NCBI RefSeq assembly: GCF_006345805.1
Contig: NC_043002.1
Coordinates: 53,940,001 to 54,004,000 of the forward strand
Source of the DNA: Octopus sinensis
Taxonomy: Eukaryota
DNA length: 64,000 nt
Direction of reading: 5' to 3'
Within the stretch, counting starts at the first letter, position 1. Each line of letters begins with the position of its first letter. This document shows, one piece after another, positions 51,505 through 64,000 of the stretch. Made by a program: the position numbers and the translations under genes. The notes beneath the pieces are model-generated. The model was not told the origin of the DNA. It ran no database searches and saw only the letters and a program-made list of their open reading frames with translations.

Positions 51505-51724
51505 ATTATTATTATTATTATTACTACAACTATTACCACCAATATTACTGCCACAACTATTGATGATGATGATGATGATCATGATCATGATGATCATGAT
51601 AATCATGATGCTGATGATGATGATGATCATGATGAGGATAATGATCATGATGATGATGATCATCATCATGATGATGATCATGCTGATGATGATGATGATC
51701 ATCATGATGATGATGATGATCATC

Positions 51725-51756
<32 letters not shown>

Positions 51757-51770
51757 CGTTATAATTAATC
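51505..51770. repeat. (ATT)n/(GAT)n/(CAT)n microsatellite
   Basis: Direct inspection. Confidence 0.95.
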
Positions 51771-52185
51771 TACTATCAGCAGAATGTGATTAAAGGGAAT
51801 GTTTGCTGACATATATAGCAGCTCCAACCTGTCAATTATTACTAAATCAAAGCCGGTCAAACGGAGCACTATCCTCAATGACTTGCCTCCTGTATTATGT
51901 ATCCAGGACTATATGATCATCAGTATAAACGTCTCTTTTATTTAAAAAACAATACAGAATTACGTGATGGGGAATTAGCTATTATGTCTAGCAAGTCAAA
52001 CCACTATATAAAAGTCTTTGTTTTGTGATGAGTATTTTTACATTCACTACAGATAAACAAAGACAGATAGGTAAGCATGCAGACAAGTGATACACACGTG
52101 TATGCAGGCACTGATACATAGGTGCACGTATACTTGTATACAGACAGTGATATACAGATGTAAATGCATGTGAGTATGTCCACAC

Positions 52186-52246
<61 letters not shown>

Positions 52247-52250
<4 letters not shown>

Positions 52251-52345
52251 ATCCAAACAAGAAAACACAAACAAACAAAAAAACACAACAACGCGAGGAC
52301 GTGGAACAAATAAAGTATTATTGGACGCTCAGGAAAGAAGGGAAG
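52247..52345 (-). mobile_element. Truncated copy of the 15132 pseudo-LTR family
   Basis: agttaatcca...acgcgaggacgtggaacaa..gtattattggacgctcaggaaagaagg; ends just before the hammerhead. Confidence 0.7.
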
Positions 52346-52353
52346 AAGGAGGG

Positions 52354-52413
<60 letters not shown>

Positions 52414-52524
52414 GAGAGACAGAGAGACAGAGAGAGACAGAGAGAGAGACAGAGATGCGTGTGTATGTATGTATGTATACACGAATGAGTGAACACATGA
52501 GCACATTTATTTGGAAGTACATGT

Positions 52525-52696
52525 ATTATTCAGAAAGAAAACAGTTTGATTCGGTTTCATGCGAGTTGAAGTTTGGCAGGCATCCGGTAGCTATCTTGGA
52601 CTTCTTGTATCTTTCTATTCGGAAATCTGAAGCCTGAAAGAGACGAGCCTGCGAAACTTTAAGTTGCATAGAACCGAATCAAATTCTTCTAAATAA
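52525..52696. mobile_element. Small degenerate foldback/MITE
   Basis: tttgattcggtttcatgcgagttgaagttt vs aaactttaagttgcatagaaccgaatcaaa. Confidence 0.5.
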
Positions 52697-52726
52697 CACA
52701 CACACACTCACACACACACACACATA

Positions 52727-52810
<84 letters not shown>

Positions 52811-52814
<4 letters not shown>

Positions 52815-53183
52815 AATATAATGTGTGACATTCGGGAGCCATGATAAAACTCCGAGTTTCGGATGTCGGGGTGGAAACCCACGCCGGCATCTCTTCAGTT
52901 ATCGGGCCATCGAAAAAAATGCTATGAAAATGACCGTTAAACAAATGGTAATTACTGTGTGATTGACCGTTATTAAGACAAAAGAGCTATTTGAATGACC
53001 GCTAAGTAATAGAACTTTTTGTCTTAATAACGATCAATCACACAGTAATTTCCCTTTGTTTAACGGTCATTTTCATAGCATTTTTTGATGGCCCGATGCC
53101 GGCGTGGGTTTCCACCATGACATCCGGGACTCGGAGTTTTATCATGCCTACCGAAAAATTAATTGTAACATACTATATTTACA
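52811..53183. mobile_element. Foldback element, long copy, at the end of (TA)n
   Basis: ~170 bp inverted arms (52811-52985 / 53015-53183) and ~30 bp loop; homologous to 23455-23644. Confidence 0.85.
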
Positions 53184-56100
53184 GGCAAACTCCTCTATTT
53201 ACATTATATCAAGGTATCTTTCATTCTTTTGTCGTCTCACCATTTCTATCAGTAGAATATGTATAGCCGTACATACATAGATTGATAGATATATATATGT
53301 ATATACATGCATACAGATCGATACATACGTAAGCAGGCAGACAGACAGACTTACATAGATATAAATATATGTTTATGTAATTATTTGGTTTTTAGTCTGT
53401 ATACGTGCGTGCGTGTAATGGGGAAATCTTTTTGCAGGAGCAAAAAATATGTTACATAGACTAGCATATTGATATATGATAATGATGAATAAGTGTCTAT
53501 TTATTTACATGTACGTGATTATGAATGTGGAGTTGTTTATCTATCCTAGGGTATACATTTTCCAATATCGATCATAGGAATACTGATGAATATTCGTAAA
53601 ATAAATTAAATTTTGATCCACAGAATCTCATAGAGATATCGATCTCCAATTAAGAAGTTCGTAGTCGTCTACTGTAGTAGACACATATATAACTCTGAGG
53701 TCAATTGATGTTAGATGACTGGCAAAGAAAGTGCTTTGTATTTATCTTTATATTTATCTTATAAACATACCAAGCACGTCGAATTTTATTCATAAACGAC
53801 AGAGCTAGTTGCAGTTAAAGGTTTGGTTTCCAGAATCAGTGTTGTTCATCTTTCTGTTCCTGCTGCCGCTGCTGTTGTTGTTATTGTTGGTGGTGGTGGT
53901 GATGTTGGTGGAGGTGGAGGTGGCGGCAGCAGTGTTGGTGGTGGTGGTGGTACGGTGAATGTGTTTAATTCCGGCTCAAATCCCATCGAGTAGAGAAATG
54001 ATGGCATGCACGTATTACAGATGTAATCATCTCCTCCTACCAACAGTCGTAGTATGTTTAGGCGAACATCATCCACAGTACCCCTTCTTTCACTTTTAAC
54101 TCTTCGTATGTAATTTGAAGGGGATTTTGCTGCTATTTCTGGCAGGTTGACTGAACATATAGAGGTTATTGTAACCGATGGTATTTCGTTTCAAACTCAG
54201 TTATTATAAAATGTTCCAACTACGACAATGCAATATTTTTTATAAAGTAAGATATCATTAGCTATCAGCCAGAAGCAGTACTTGTATTCAGTGTTCGGCT
54301 TGCCAAGACTCTCCAGTTCTCTCTGTATTGAATTGCATGCATAGAATCAGCCTTTGGTACCGGACCTATCTTTAATGCGTCAGTCTGTCAATTTATATTT
54401 TAATTATCACACTCAATGTCTGTACACTCAATGTCTGTACCTTGCTTGTTCGGCGGTAGGCTGCAAGATGTCTCTGCGAAATCACCGGATGTTAAAACCC
54501 CATAAAGTCTTAGACAGCCGAGACAACTCACCCCAAATGCCATTCTGGAGTGATGGACATCGACGTTTGCCATTTATGTGGCTTATCAACATCACGTACC
54601 AGTACTCTATTTGAGGCGAACTGAATTGCCAGTCCATGTCTATATGCAAATAGTGTTAAAAAAATCATTTGTTTGTATGCCCGGACGATGCGTGTGTTCG
54701 ATAATGTTTACAACACTAGCGCTGCTTTTATTTCATATTTGAATTTACATTTTAATATACTGTATTTTTACAGGAAAATATTGAAACAATATTTATCAGT
54801 CTCTTCACCTTACTAACTAATTATTACTATTTAGCATTTTTAAGGGGTCAAATATAAACTATGCAAATGTATCAGTAAAATACTAAATTCTTAAATATAT
54901 ATCATTATTGCACCAAGGAATATCGAGCCATGTACATATATGTCAGTATCCATTCATCATTGTCTCGGCAAGTATGAAGTGTTCTATGCTCCACTGAAGA
55001 AATCAAAATAGGACGCAATTTACCTGACGCAATTTACATGCTTATAGGCAAATTAATAATACTTATAATCAATCATCATTGCATATTTATGTATAGTTCT
55101 ATACATTCAAATTGCTTTAACTCACTAGTCTTATAGTCAATATTAACAAACTACATGGCTCATGCATATGTGTTCTATCACACGAAACGTTAAACTGTGA
55201 GGTTACAAAATCTGTTTGTCAAGTTTGTTTTAAATTTTGTCGTCGCTGAAAAATAACTAATTTCACATTGTATTATTTTTCAGAAAATCGGAAACACATT
55301 TTTTTACATCAAATATCATATATATGAGAAGCAAATATATTGAATCGAGAATTGTAGACTCACCTTACACAATGCGAAACTACTGAGATGTATAGCTGAT
55401 TTGTGAGCTGTTATTGTAGTTCGTTGTCACCACCATGTTTACGACAATAAAATATAATTCCAATATATCCTTATTGGACTCTAAATAGATTGGTAATGGC
55501 TGCCAGACTTTTACATATATCTAAGCTTCTCGACTTGAAAGAATGTTTATTCATCTCGTTGAATGCTCCTCATTAATGAACATAGAACGTTCAAAAATGG
55601 CCTTTTCCGTTGTTGATCATTTTTCTTTTCTTCTTCTTCTTCCAAAAATAGGTCTTTTGAGGGCGTGCTGTCGACATGTCTGTTACATATACAAGAATTG
55701 CATAATACTAATAGCATAGGAAGAGCGTGATAACAAAAGTGAAAGAGAAAGAGAAAAGAGCGGGAATAAAAGAAGAGAAAGGAGAAAAACCAGAGTGAAT
55801 CACTAAACAGTAAAGGGTTATCACAAAAAAAGAACAGAATGACTAATGTCTAAAATGTATGATGAGAAATCAGTAGTTCAAGAGATAATGGAAATAAAAT
55901 ACTAATGGACTGAAGTCTACACAGAAAGAGAAGCAAATAGTTTGACAGACTAGTATGATTTGTTGTCTTACATATATTTATATTGAGAAAGGTTGAAAAG
56001 CGAATTGAAAAACAAATATTATAGAGAATGGGAGCGTTGAAGTAATGACTTATTAACAATAGCTATGGATTTGTTAAAACCCAATTTCAGTGTAGATAGT

Positions 56101-56588
56101 TACTTTCTGATATTGCTACGGTAAAAAAAGCTATTACAAACTACGAGATTGGAATGTTATTTGACCAGTAATGATGAGAGTCAACTAGTATATTGATGAC
56201 CATTATGAAGTAATATATTACTGGTTTCAGTCATTAGAGAACAGCCATACAGGGGTTTTACATTCAAGTGTTTACGTAGTCGATTATATTGTTCTCAGTG
56301 CTCATGCCAGTCTGTCACTCCTTTCACTTATTTCATTGCTCTCTGTCTATAAAAACTAGCGTTACGTATTTGCTACGGAAAATATCAAAGGAAAAGCAAC
56401 ACACTCACATTGTGTTTGTGTGTGTGTATTTGTTTATAAGAGTGTATAAAAACACGAAGAGCAGGGCCCTTTCCAGGACGTAAGAAGGCCTATCGATGGT
56501 CTTCTCTTATCAACAAACATTTTATGCCTTATGATTTTTATCAAACATGCGGACCACTGGTAATAAATTACTTTAATAATTTTTACCC

Positions 56589-56685
<97 letters not shown>

Positions 56686-56742
56686 ATGTGTGTGTATGTA
56701 TGTATGTATGTATGTTTATATATATATATATATATATATGTG

Positions 56743-56784
<42 letters not shown>

Positions 56785-56786
<2 letters not shown>

Positions 56787-57245
56787 CAAAATGAGACGAG
56801 AACGCAAACCATCCGGAAAGCTACGTGATACAAAAAGGGACAACAAAACATCCAGATAGACGATACAAAGAAAACAAGGGAGGGTCAATCGAAGTTTTCT
56901 TTCTTCAGTCATGCACCAGATTATCCTCGCAATTTCGGCTGATTATTCTTGAGATTGCTCAAATCTGGCAAGCCCCAAGGAAAAACTAAGCTAATATCAT
57001 TAGATTCCTTGGAAGAAAGCGGCGAATGTACACAAAAACAAGGACGGAAAAAAACGGACAATGTTACACAAATATAAATACGATAAAAATACAATAAAAA
57101 TGATAACAGGGCATAACAAAAGGTATCTTTCGACTAAGAACGAATTGAATCAAGCTGGCGCATGTGGAAACGAAACCTTACGCGTTATGCAGCTGTGAAA
57201 ACCTCGTCTTTAGAAGTCGGTGGGTTGCGTCTGGAGCCAAGATTG
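56785..57245 (-). mobile_element. Unclassified repeat, possibly PLE pseudo-LTR fragments
   Basis: A-rich plus strand next to (TG)n; degenerate hammerhead-like motif at 57176-57216. Confidence 0.3.
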
Positions 57246-57267
57246 TATCTTGGAAATAAGTTCATCA

Positions 57268-57950
57268 TCATCCGAAAATTACTTTTCCTTCAAAAAAGAC
57301 CTCATGGTTGAAAATAGGTGGAAATCGATTTTGTGTGGGAGGTCGGGAAAGTAAGTGTAAGGAGGAAGGATTTCGTAGCCGTAGGAGTGTGCTTTCAGCT
57401 GGGCAACATACGCATTGTGAATTCGGGCGTTGTCTTGGAGGAAGCAGTCTCCTTTGGTCAGCATACCACGCCTCTATGTTTCCATAACGCCCCACAATTA
57501 CTGCTGCAAAGAAGCATAATATGTCCCGTTAATTGTTGTGCCCTTTACCAGAAATCCATCATCACTACTACGCGTTGGTCCCAAAAGACTGTGATAATAT
57601 CCTTGCTTGTTGAGGATTGGACACTCGCCATCTTTGGAGGTGGTAAGTTATCATGCTTCCATTACATCGACTAGACTTTAGTCTTAGGATCATAGGAATG
57701 GATCCATGTTTCAACCCTCCTCGTTTTCTTGGGCATTGCCAAAACAGCGTGGGAGCAATTGTCTCATTCATGCTTCCAAAAAGGTGTGAGCATCCGAGTA
57801 GTCCATCGTACAGACAACTTCAGCCTATGCAAATGGTCGTTAATGATTTTCTCCACGGACCCTACACTTATTTTCACTTCTTGGGCTAGTTTCCGAATAG
57901 ATATGAGGCGATCCTCCAAAACGGCGGCTTCTTCCTTTTATCCAAAAATG
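57268..57950 (-). mobile_element. Mariner transposase relic, catalytic region
   Basis: EDRLISIRKLAQEV, ETWIHSYDPETKVQSMQW, LQDNARIH and YEILPPYTYFPDL..DFHLF (degenerate YSPDLAPSD); frameshifted. Confidence 0.85.
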
Positions 57951-58315
57951 ATAAATGTTAATGATATATACCTTAAACGCTATTATCATCCAGTATTCGT
58001 TTTCAGGTGTGAAAATAGTGTAGGTGGCTGATGGTCACAGACCACAAGGTAGTTGACGATTGATAAGAAAGTTTTGAATGCATTTATATGTCTCGCATCT
58101 GGCTGGAGTTTGGCTTTTATAAACAGAGTTGCACTTTTTCTGTATAAAAGTTTCCTGTTATCTAAAAGTGATAAATATTAAAGATATATTCCTCAAATGC
58201 CAATATCATCCAGTATTCTTTTTCAGGTGTAAAAACAGTGTGGGTAGCTGAAGGACACATGTCATAATGTAGTTGACGATTGATAAAAAGATTTTGAGTG
58301 TGTTTATATGAGTGA
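57947..58315 (+). repeat. Diverged ~150 bp direct duplication, period ~217 bp
   Basis: tatcatccagtattc.ttttcaggtgt.aaaa.agtgt.ggt..ctga and gtagttgacgattgataa occur twice. Confidence 0.7.
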
Positions 58316-58501
58316 CTTATAAGTAAAGAATGGAGTGTATTTGCGCATTTATGCATTTATGCTTTATGCCAATTTTTGTAAAAGCTAGAAAAGATGAAAG
58401 TCCAAAAACACCAATTGTCAAGTCCAAGAATTTATATTTCGAACATACGATGTGACACGAGTCGCAGCTCAAGACCTTCCTGACAGGAACTGTTGAAGGG
58501 A

Positions 58502-58548
<47 letters not shown>

Positions 58549-59095
58549 CGAGAGAGAGCCCGTCAGAGATGTTTGTCAACTGACGATATCAAATAACTAG
58601 AATGGAAACAAAGAGACCGGCTGATTGTATGCACACAGTACAACACAAAGGGAAGTAGAGAGTCTTGGCAAGGCGACTAGAAACTGAAAACAAATTGAGA
58701 AAGAGATCTTCAAACAAAACAAGCCTAAATGTCTCTGCTCACCGGACATCGACATGAAACTTCGACAATTCAGGTCTGTAATGCAATTCATATGCTACAA
58801 ATGTATTCCGGAGAGAAAGGCCACTGTACACAAGAACAAAATCGCCAGGGAGAGGAAAATTCTTATGAGTTGGCGAAAAAATTTCAAATCGCCTTCACAA
58901 ACAAATTGAAAGAGATGAAACATCCTGCCTGAAAATCAGATTTCGCTACGGCAAAATTTCGCAACCTTCTGCGTGAACAAACCACCATTGTTCCTAAAAT
59001 TGGTTTATTATTATATTTTTGAAACGGATTGCTTGAAGCTCACTAACTTCCTAGCCTTGATCCCTGTGTGTGTGTGTATGTGTTTGTGTGTATGT

Positions 59096-59143
<48 letters not shown>

Positions 59144-59157
59144 CTGTGTGTGTGTGC

Positions 59158-59188
<31 letters not shown>

Positions 59189-59751
59189 CGTGCGTGTGCT
59201 GTTCTTTGGACAGTTATTGAGAGTATTCTTCCTATTGTCGCTCTTGAAGCTATGCTATGCTTTTTGTTTAAATATTTATATTGTTCTCGTAATTATGGTT
59301 CGCTGTTACTATTTTGTTTGTTTACTTGTATACATGCTACATTTTTATGGAAAATATTTCCTAACATTAAAAAATGTTCTGTTTAATGTGATTCAACACA
59401 CGTACTCAATCATTATTTAATTATTATATTATAGCTAACTTTATCGCAGAGATAAGAATTTAAATGACATATTGAGTAGATCCACCACAAAGAATCTAAA
59501 GGAGCAAAAATTCTAAAAAAGGAACATTATTTTAAACTGAAATTGGTTCCTCGCGTGTGATGTTTCTTCATCTATTTTGTTTATCGGAAATAAAATTTAG
59601 TTAATGTGCTGAACGGCAGGAACGAGTCTATAATTTTGCTAAAACAGAAGTGTATTGTGCATAAACATAAGCAAAACCTATAATGAACTATAGAATGCTA
59701 TTAGTCAAGGCATAATCACACGCAGCTTATTGTTATTATACATTATATAAA

Positions 59752-60165
59752 GTAGGTGTAAGCATAGTTGTCTGGTTAAAAGGTTCGCAATTATATGGTT
59801 TCGGGATCAGTCAAATTGCACCATACTTTCTTGCAAGTGTCGTCTTCTAAATCTCTTCTACAGTCGCGGGCCAACCTATGACTTCTAGTGAATTTGGTAA
59901 ACGGAAACTGTGAGAAGCTGGTCGCAAATGTATGTGTGTTTATATGAGTGTATGTGTGTTTTAGTATTTATATTTGCGTTTGTCCTCCTCTGCAACGCTT
60001 AAAACTGGTGTTGGCTTTTTTACATCCGCGTAACTTAGCGGTTCGTCAAAACTCAGATAGAGTACCTACCAGACGTAAAACAAGAGTTGGCGTCGATTTG
60101 TTCAACAACATCTTTCAAGGCAATGTTCCAACACAACCGCAGTCCAATGATTGTTACAGTTAAGT
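59752..60165 (+). mobile_element. Degenerate full-length SINE family 3
   Basis: Head gtaggtgtaagcatagttgtctggtt, central (TG) tract, gtaacttagcggttcg, gtcgatttgttc. Confidence 0.65.
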
Positions 60166-60889
60166 GTAAACACTGAAACTGATACATCTATTGAAGTTGA
60201 AAAGGCAATGCGATCCAAATAGTATGAGATTTATTTACATTTACATTTCAGACGTTATTCAATTTTTATTTTCAGCAATTTGCAACATTATTACGAAAAG
60301 TTTAGTTAAAATAGTGGCAAAATTTTTCTCCATATATATTACTTGTAGGTACACCGTATTTTGTTATGCAATCAAAATATACTACAATTGTGCTTACATT
60401 TAGACGTATTCGGAGATGAAACATCGTAGCAAATCAGTACTGGCTATAATTTCTATAGATCTGTTAAGACAGCCTTAATATGTGATTTAATAGCACTGCT
60501 AACACAAGTAGGATACAGTGTTGATTTATAAAGCGTTTAATATACAGTGTAGTATATTATGGCTGCATAACGAAACGCAGTGCCGCTACAAGTCATGTGC
60601 ATACAAGCTGCCAGGAATGTGTTTAATATGTAAAATTGGTATATACGATAATATTACACTGCTATACTTAGTGGCTATTTAAGCAATGAGTTCGTACTTG
60701 GTTAATGTGTTGGATATGATGTTGATGAAGGAGCAAGAAATCCTGAAATAGGGCATACGCACCCATCACCTATTTCTCCATCTTCGATTGCGTTGTTTTT
60801 TACATTAGGCGTACCTACAGATATTACACATTTATATAAGATGAGCAAAACATCGTAGCAAATGGACGGTGCTGAGTTGTCAAACATTT

Positions 60890-61195
60890 AAACTAAATTT
60901 TCTCAAAGAAACATGTCCGATCGTCCCATAGGCCTCCCATTTGAGAAATACAGATTTAACCTAAATTTGAGACACCAGCGAAAGAAGAAATAAAGATAGA
61001 GTTTTTTTTCTATTCCAAGAAAACGATTTTACAAATGCACTTTCCCACGGCTATTTTTGTAAATTTTTCAAGACTCATACACGCCCTGATAACGTCGGTA
61101 TCTACATATCAAATTTGAGCGCAATCGGATGGAGGATGCCCGAGATCCTAGAAGACACACACAGAGACAAGACAGAACGGATTTTATATAATAGA
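60890..61195 (-). mobile_element. Probable Helitron-like 5' end fragment
   Basis: Minus strand begins A|TCTATTATATAAAATCC, then a short (TG)/(TC) stretch, as at 21327; the other end is not found. Confidence 0.4.
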
Positions 61196-61253
61196 TAATA
61201 GTTACTAATAGACTATTCATTAATGTCACACTTTTTCATTGTATAACCAACAG

Positions 61254-61295
<42 letters not shown>

Positions 61296-61698
61296 CAAAT
61301 ACCCCTAGATCATAATCAAATTCACTTATGAATTTACTAGAATACAACATCTATTTGGCTTAAGCTGTACGGGTACATATTCCCCCTTAATTACTCGTAT
61401 TCGACGTCGATTTGAAATCCACGGAAACATACAAATTTGAAATCTGTAGGAATATATAGATACTGTCATTATTATGCTTAACATGCATGTTGCAACTACT
61501 TAAAATTAAGAGCACTATACCTCTTGAGAGCTAAGTGCTTTGATCATAGTGATAAACATTGACCAATAACCAATTAAAATAATTGATTCTATCAATTTCT
61601 GAAAATATTAAAACATGGCGTAATATTTGTTAATACTATAGGTTCTGAGTGAATATAATATATTCTTAATAAACATATGGACGTAAATAGACCTATTA

Positions 61699-61747
<49 letters not shown>

Positions 61748-62418
61748 CATACATATATATGAATATATACAAGCATATATTGGTACAGGACTTCAAAAAT
61801 CCGTTGAACAAAATGAGAAACGAAAACTAAAACAAAAACATAGAAACGAACTTTTTTCGAACAACGAAAAAAAAAACAAACAAGCAGAGAAACGAGATAT
61901 GCAACATAAAGAATATTCCCCTTCACAAGTTGTCCCTGTTTCGTCGTACTCAGCGTTTTGAAGGCAAGGACAAAACGCGACTTCGTTGCAACAGTCCTTT
62001 CCGCGAAGCAAATTAAATAAAATTTGGGATTTTTTGCGGAGAGTGAAAGTGGTAACAAGAACAGGACAGTGAGAAAGAGCAGTAAAAACAAACAGTGAGG
62101 GCTGTTAGGCCAATACGATAGAAACGTTAATATGAACGCTAGGAAGACGAGCTTATGAAGGAGACAGTATAATTACGTTTTGTCTTTACGAAGGTAGGGG
62201 AAAGAAAGATAGATTCTCTTTCGTCACGTGTCAGCGACGAGAGAGTCGAGGAGGCGGAGTGAGAGAGAGGGGGAATGGTAAAGAGGAAAGGAAAAGAATA
62301 GGGAAAGGTGGGAGAGAAAACCAGAAAGGATGAAGAACAAGAAAGGGAGATAGTCAGAGAAGAGAGAGTAAAGACAGAAGAGTGCATATCGTAATTATTA
62401 CGATAAAACATACTTGGA

Positions 62419-62458
<40 letters not shown>

Positions 62459-63766
62459 GCATGAATATAGTGTTGACGTCATAAGAATTTATAAACTTCG
62501 AGAGAATGTAAAAGATTTTGTGTTTTTGGACTAGATAAAACTATAAATATTAGCGAGTGAATAATAAATTTAAAAAAACCCTTTGGCTACATCTCGTTGA
62601 AGTCTGCCTGTGGGCTCGAACCCATACTACTGTAAGCATGACATTATTGGACTAAATTAATCTTTCGAATTTCACTAAGCATTTTAGAAGCTTCATGCTT
62701 ACCAGCGAGAATTTTATATTTGCTATTATGTTAAACTGTCCTGTGTACAAATTTGGCGAAATGCGTTTCTTTTTTCAATATTAAATGTTGCTTGCAATCG
62801 CCGGTTTTTTTTTTTTTTGTCAAACTATCGTATCTCCTGCTGCTTGGCATGCCAAGATATGAAAATTTTCAAAGTGTAGTACAACGATTTAGCATTTTTT
62901 TAAAGTGTTGTAAGTACCACATGCTACAGTTTTGCAAATATATTTCTGACTGAAAATATCATACATGCTGGGAGGTACGATTTTCTGCACCCAGCAAAGT
63001 ATCATTGTTAAGCTGAAACAGTTGTTAATGTAAAAAGAAATAGAATGGTGAAACTCTTTTCATTTTCTGAAAATGAACATTTTGGAGTTACGACAATTAT
63101 GCATAGTATTCGTCAAAAGAATTAATGAACTTCGAGGAAATAATTCTTTTTCATTTTTATTATTGGAATATGAAACTGAAAGTAAGTATAATTTTAAATT
63201 ATAGCGTGTAAATATATTAGGGTAAAAAGCACTGCAGATAGAAAAAATCCCATTCGTTTTTATAGAGAAGATGCCTGTATATTTACAATAAAGAAGCAGT
63301 CGTACGTTATCACAAACCCGACAAGGAATAGTAGTTTGAAGATTCCTAAGACTACACACTTTATTCAAATAAGGGACTCGTTAAATATCGTCCTTGATGC
63401 TATATGGGCGAGGATGTAGCAGAGTATCTTAACACGAAAATTTCGTGCTTACAAGAACATCATAGGCATAGAGTTAAACCAAATCAACGACAATACGAAC
63501 AACTATAATTGTGCAACACAGAGAGGAGTCAAAATATATTATGAGCCTGACTTTGATCGGCAAAATATACTGTTATTATGTTCGGACATCTTGCTTTATC
63601 TATCAACAAAAGACCGATTGATGTTTGGCATTGCAACTTATTGAGCAACTGGTGCTATCAATTACGTTATTTCATATCTTTTATTGTGCCGTCAGCGAGT
63701 GAATTTTATATCTTTCTGAACAATTTGATAGATTAAAAATCATAATAATGGTGCAGAAAAAGTATA

Positions 63767-63920
<154 letters not shown>

Positions 63921-64000
63921 ATATAAAATTTGAAAAAAAACACCTTTTATCAATTCAAAATAAACAATCAAATTACACCATCTAGAAAATTACATATAAT

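Noticed and set aside
54354-54614. 86 aa ORF with a 15 bp tandem duplication
   Set aside because: No recognisable family; probably decayed repeat
56920-56965. Hammerhead-like motif (CUCAAGA...GAAA, minus strand); similar weak cases near 58735 and 52635
   Set aside because: Core and stems cannot all be formed; too many mismatches

Overview
AT-rich, microsatellite-dense animal genomic DNA with no host protein-coding exon that I can support. The SINE families, microsatellite types and TE mix suggest a coleoid cephalopod such as Octopus (inference, not verified). The window is mostly TE debris: tRNA-headed SINEs of three families, four mariner relics, a hAT (Buster/Charlie-like) relic, a pogo-like relic, RTE, CR1/L2 and two R4/Dong-type LINE fragments, non-autonomous Helitrons, a piggyBac-type foldback MITE, other foldback elements and Penelope-like element (PLE) remnants. 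The strongest signal is a set of minimal type I hammerhead-ribozyme-like motifs from at least four unrelated repeat families. One PLE relic (3712-5560) has inverted pseudo-LTRs, each with a hammerhead-like motif, around a very AT-rich decayed RT/GIY-YIG region. A hairpin repeat family (14.1, 19.9 and 31.2 kb) carries a hammerhead in which two copies show the compensatory U3-A8 core pair, and its ribozyme-bearing loop occurs in both orientations. Nearly all long ORFs in the supplied track are microsatellite translations. All folding and alignment was done by eye, so boundaries are approximate unless exact termini are quoted.
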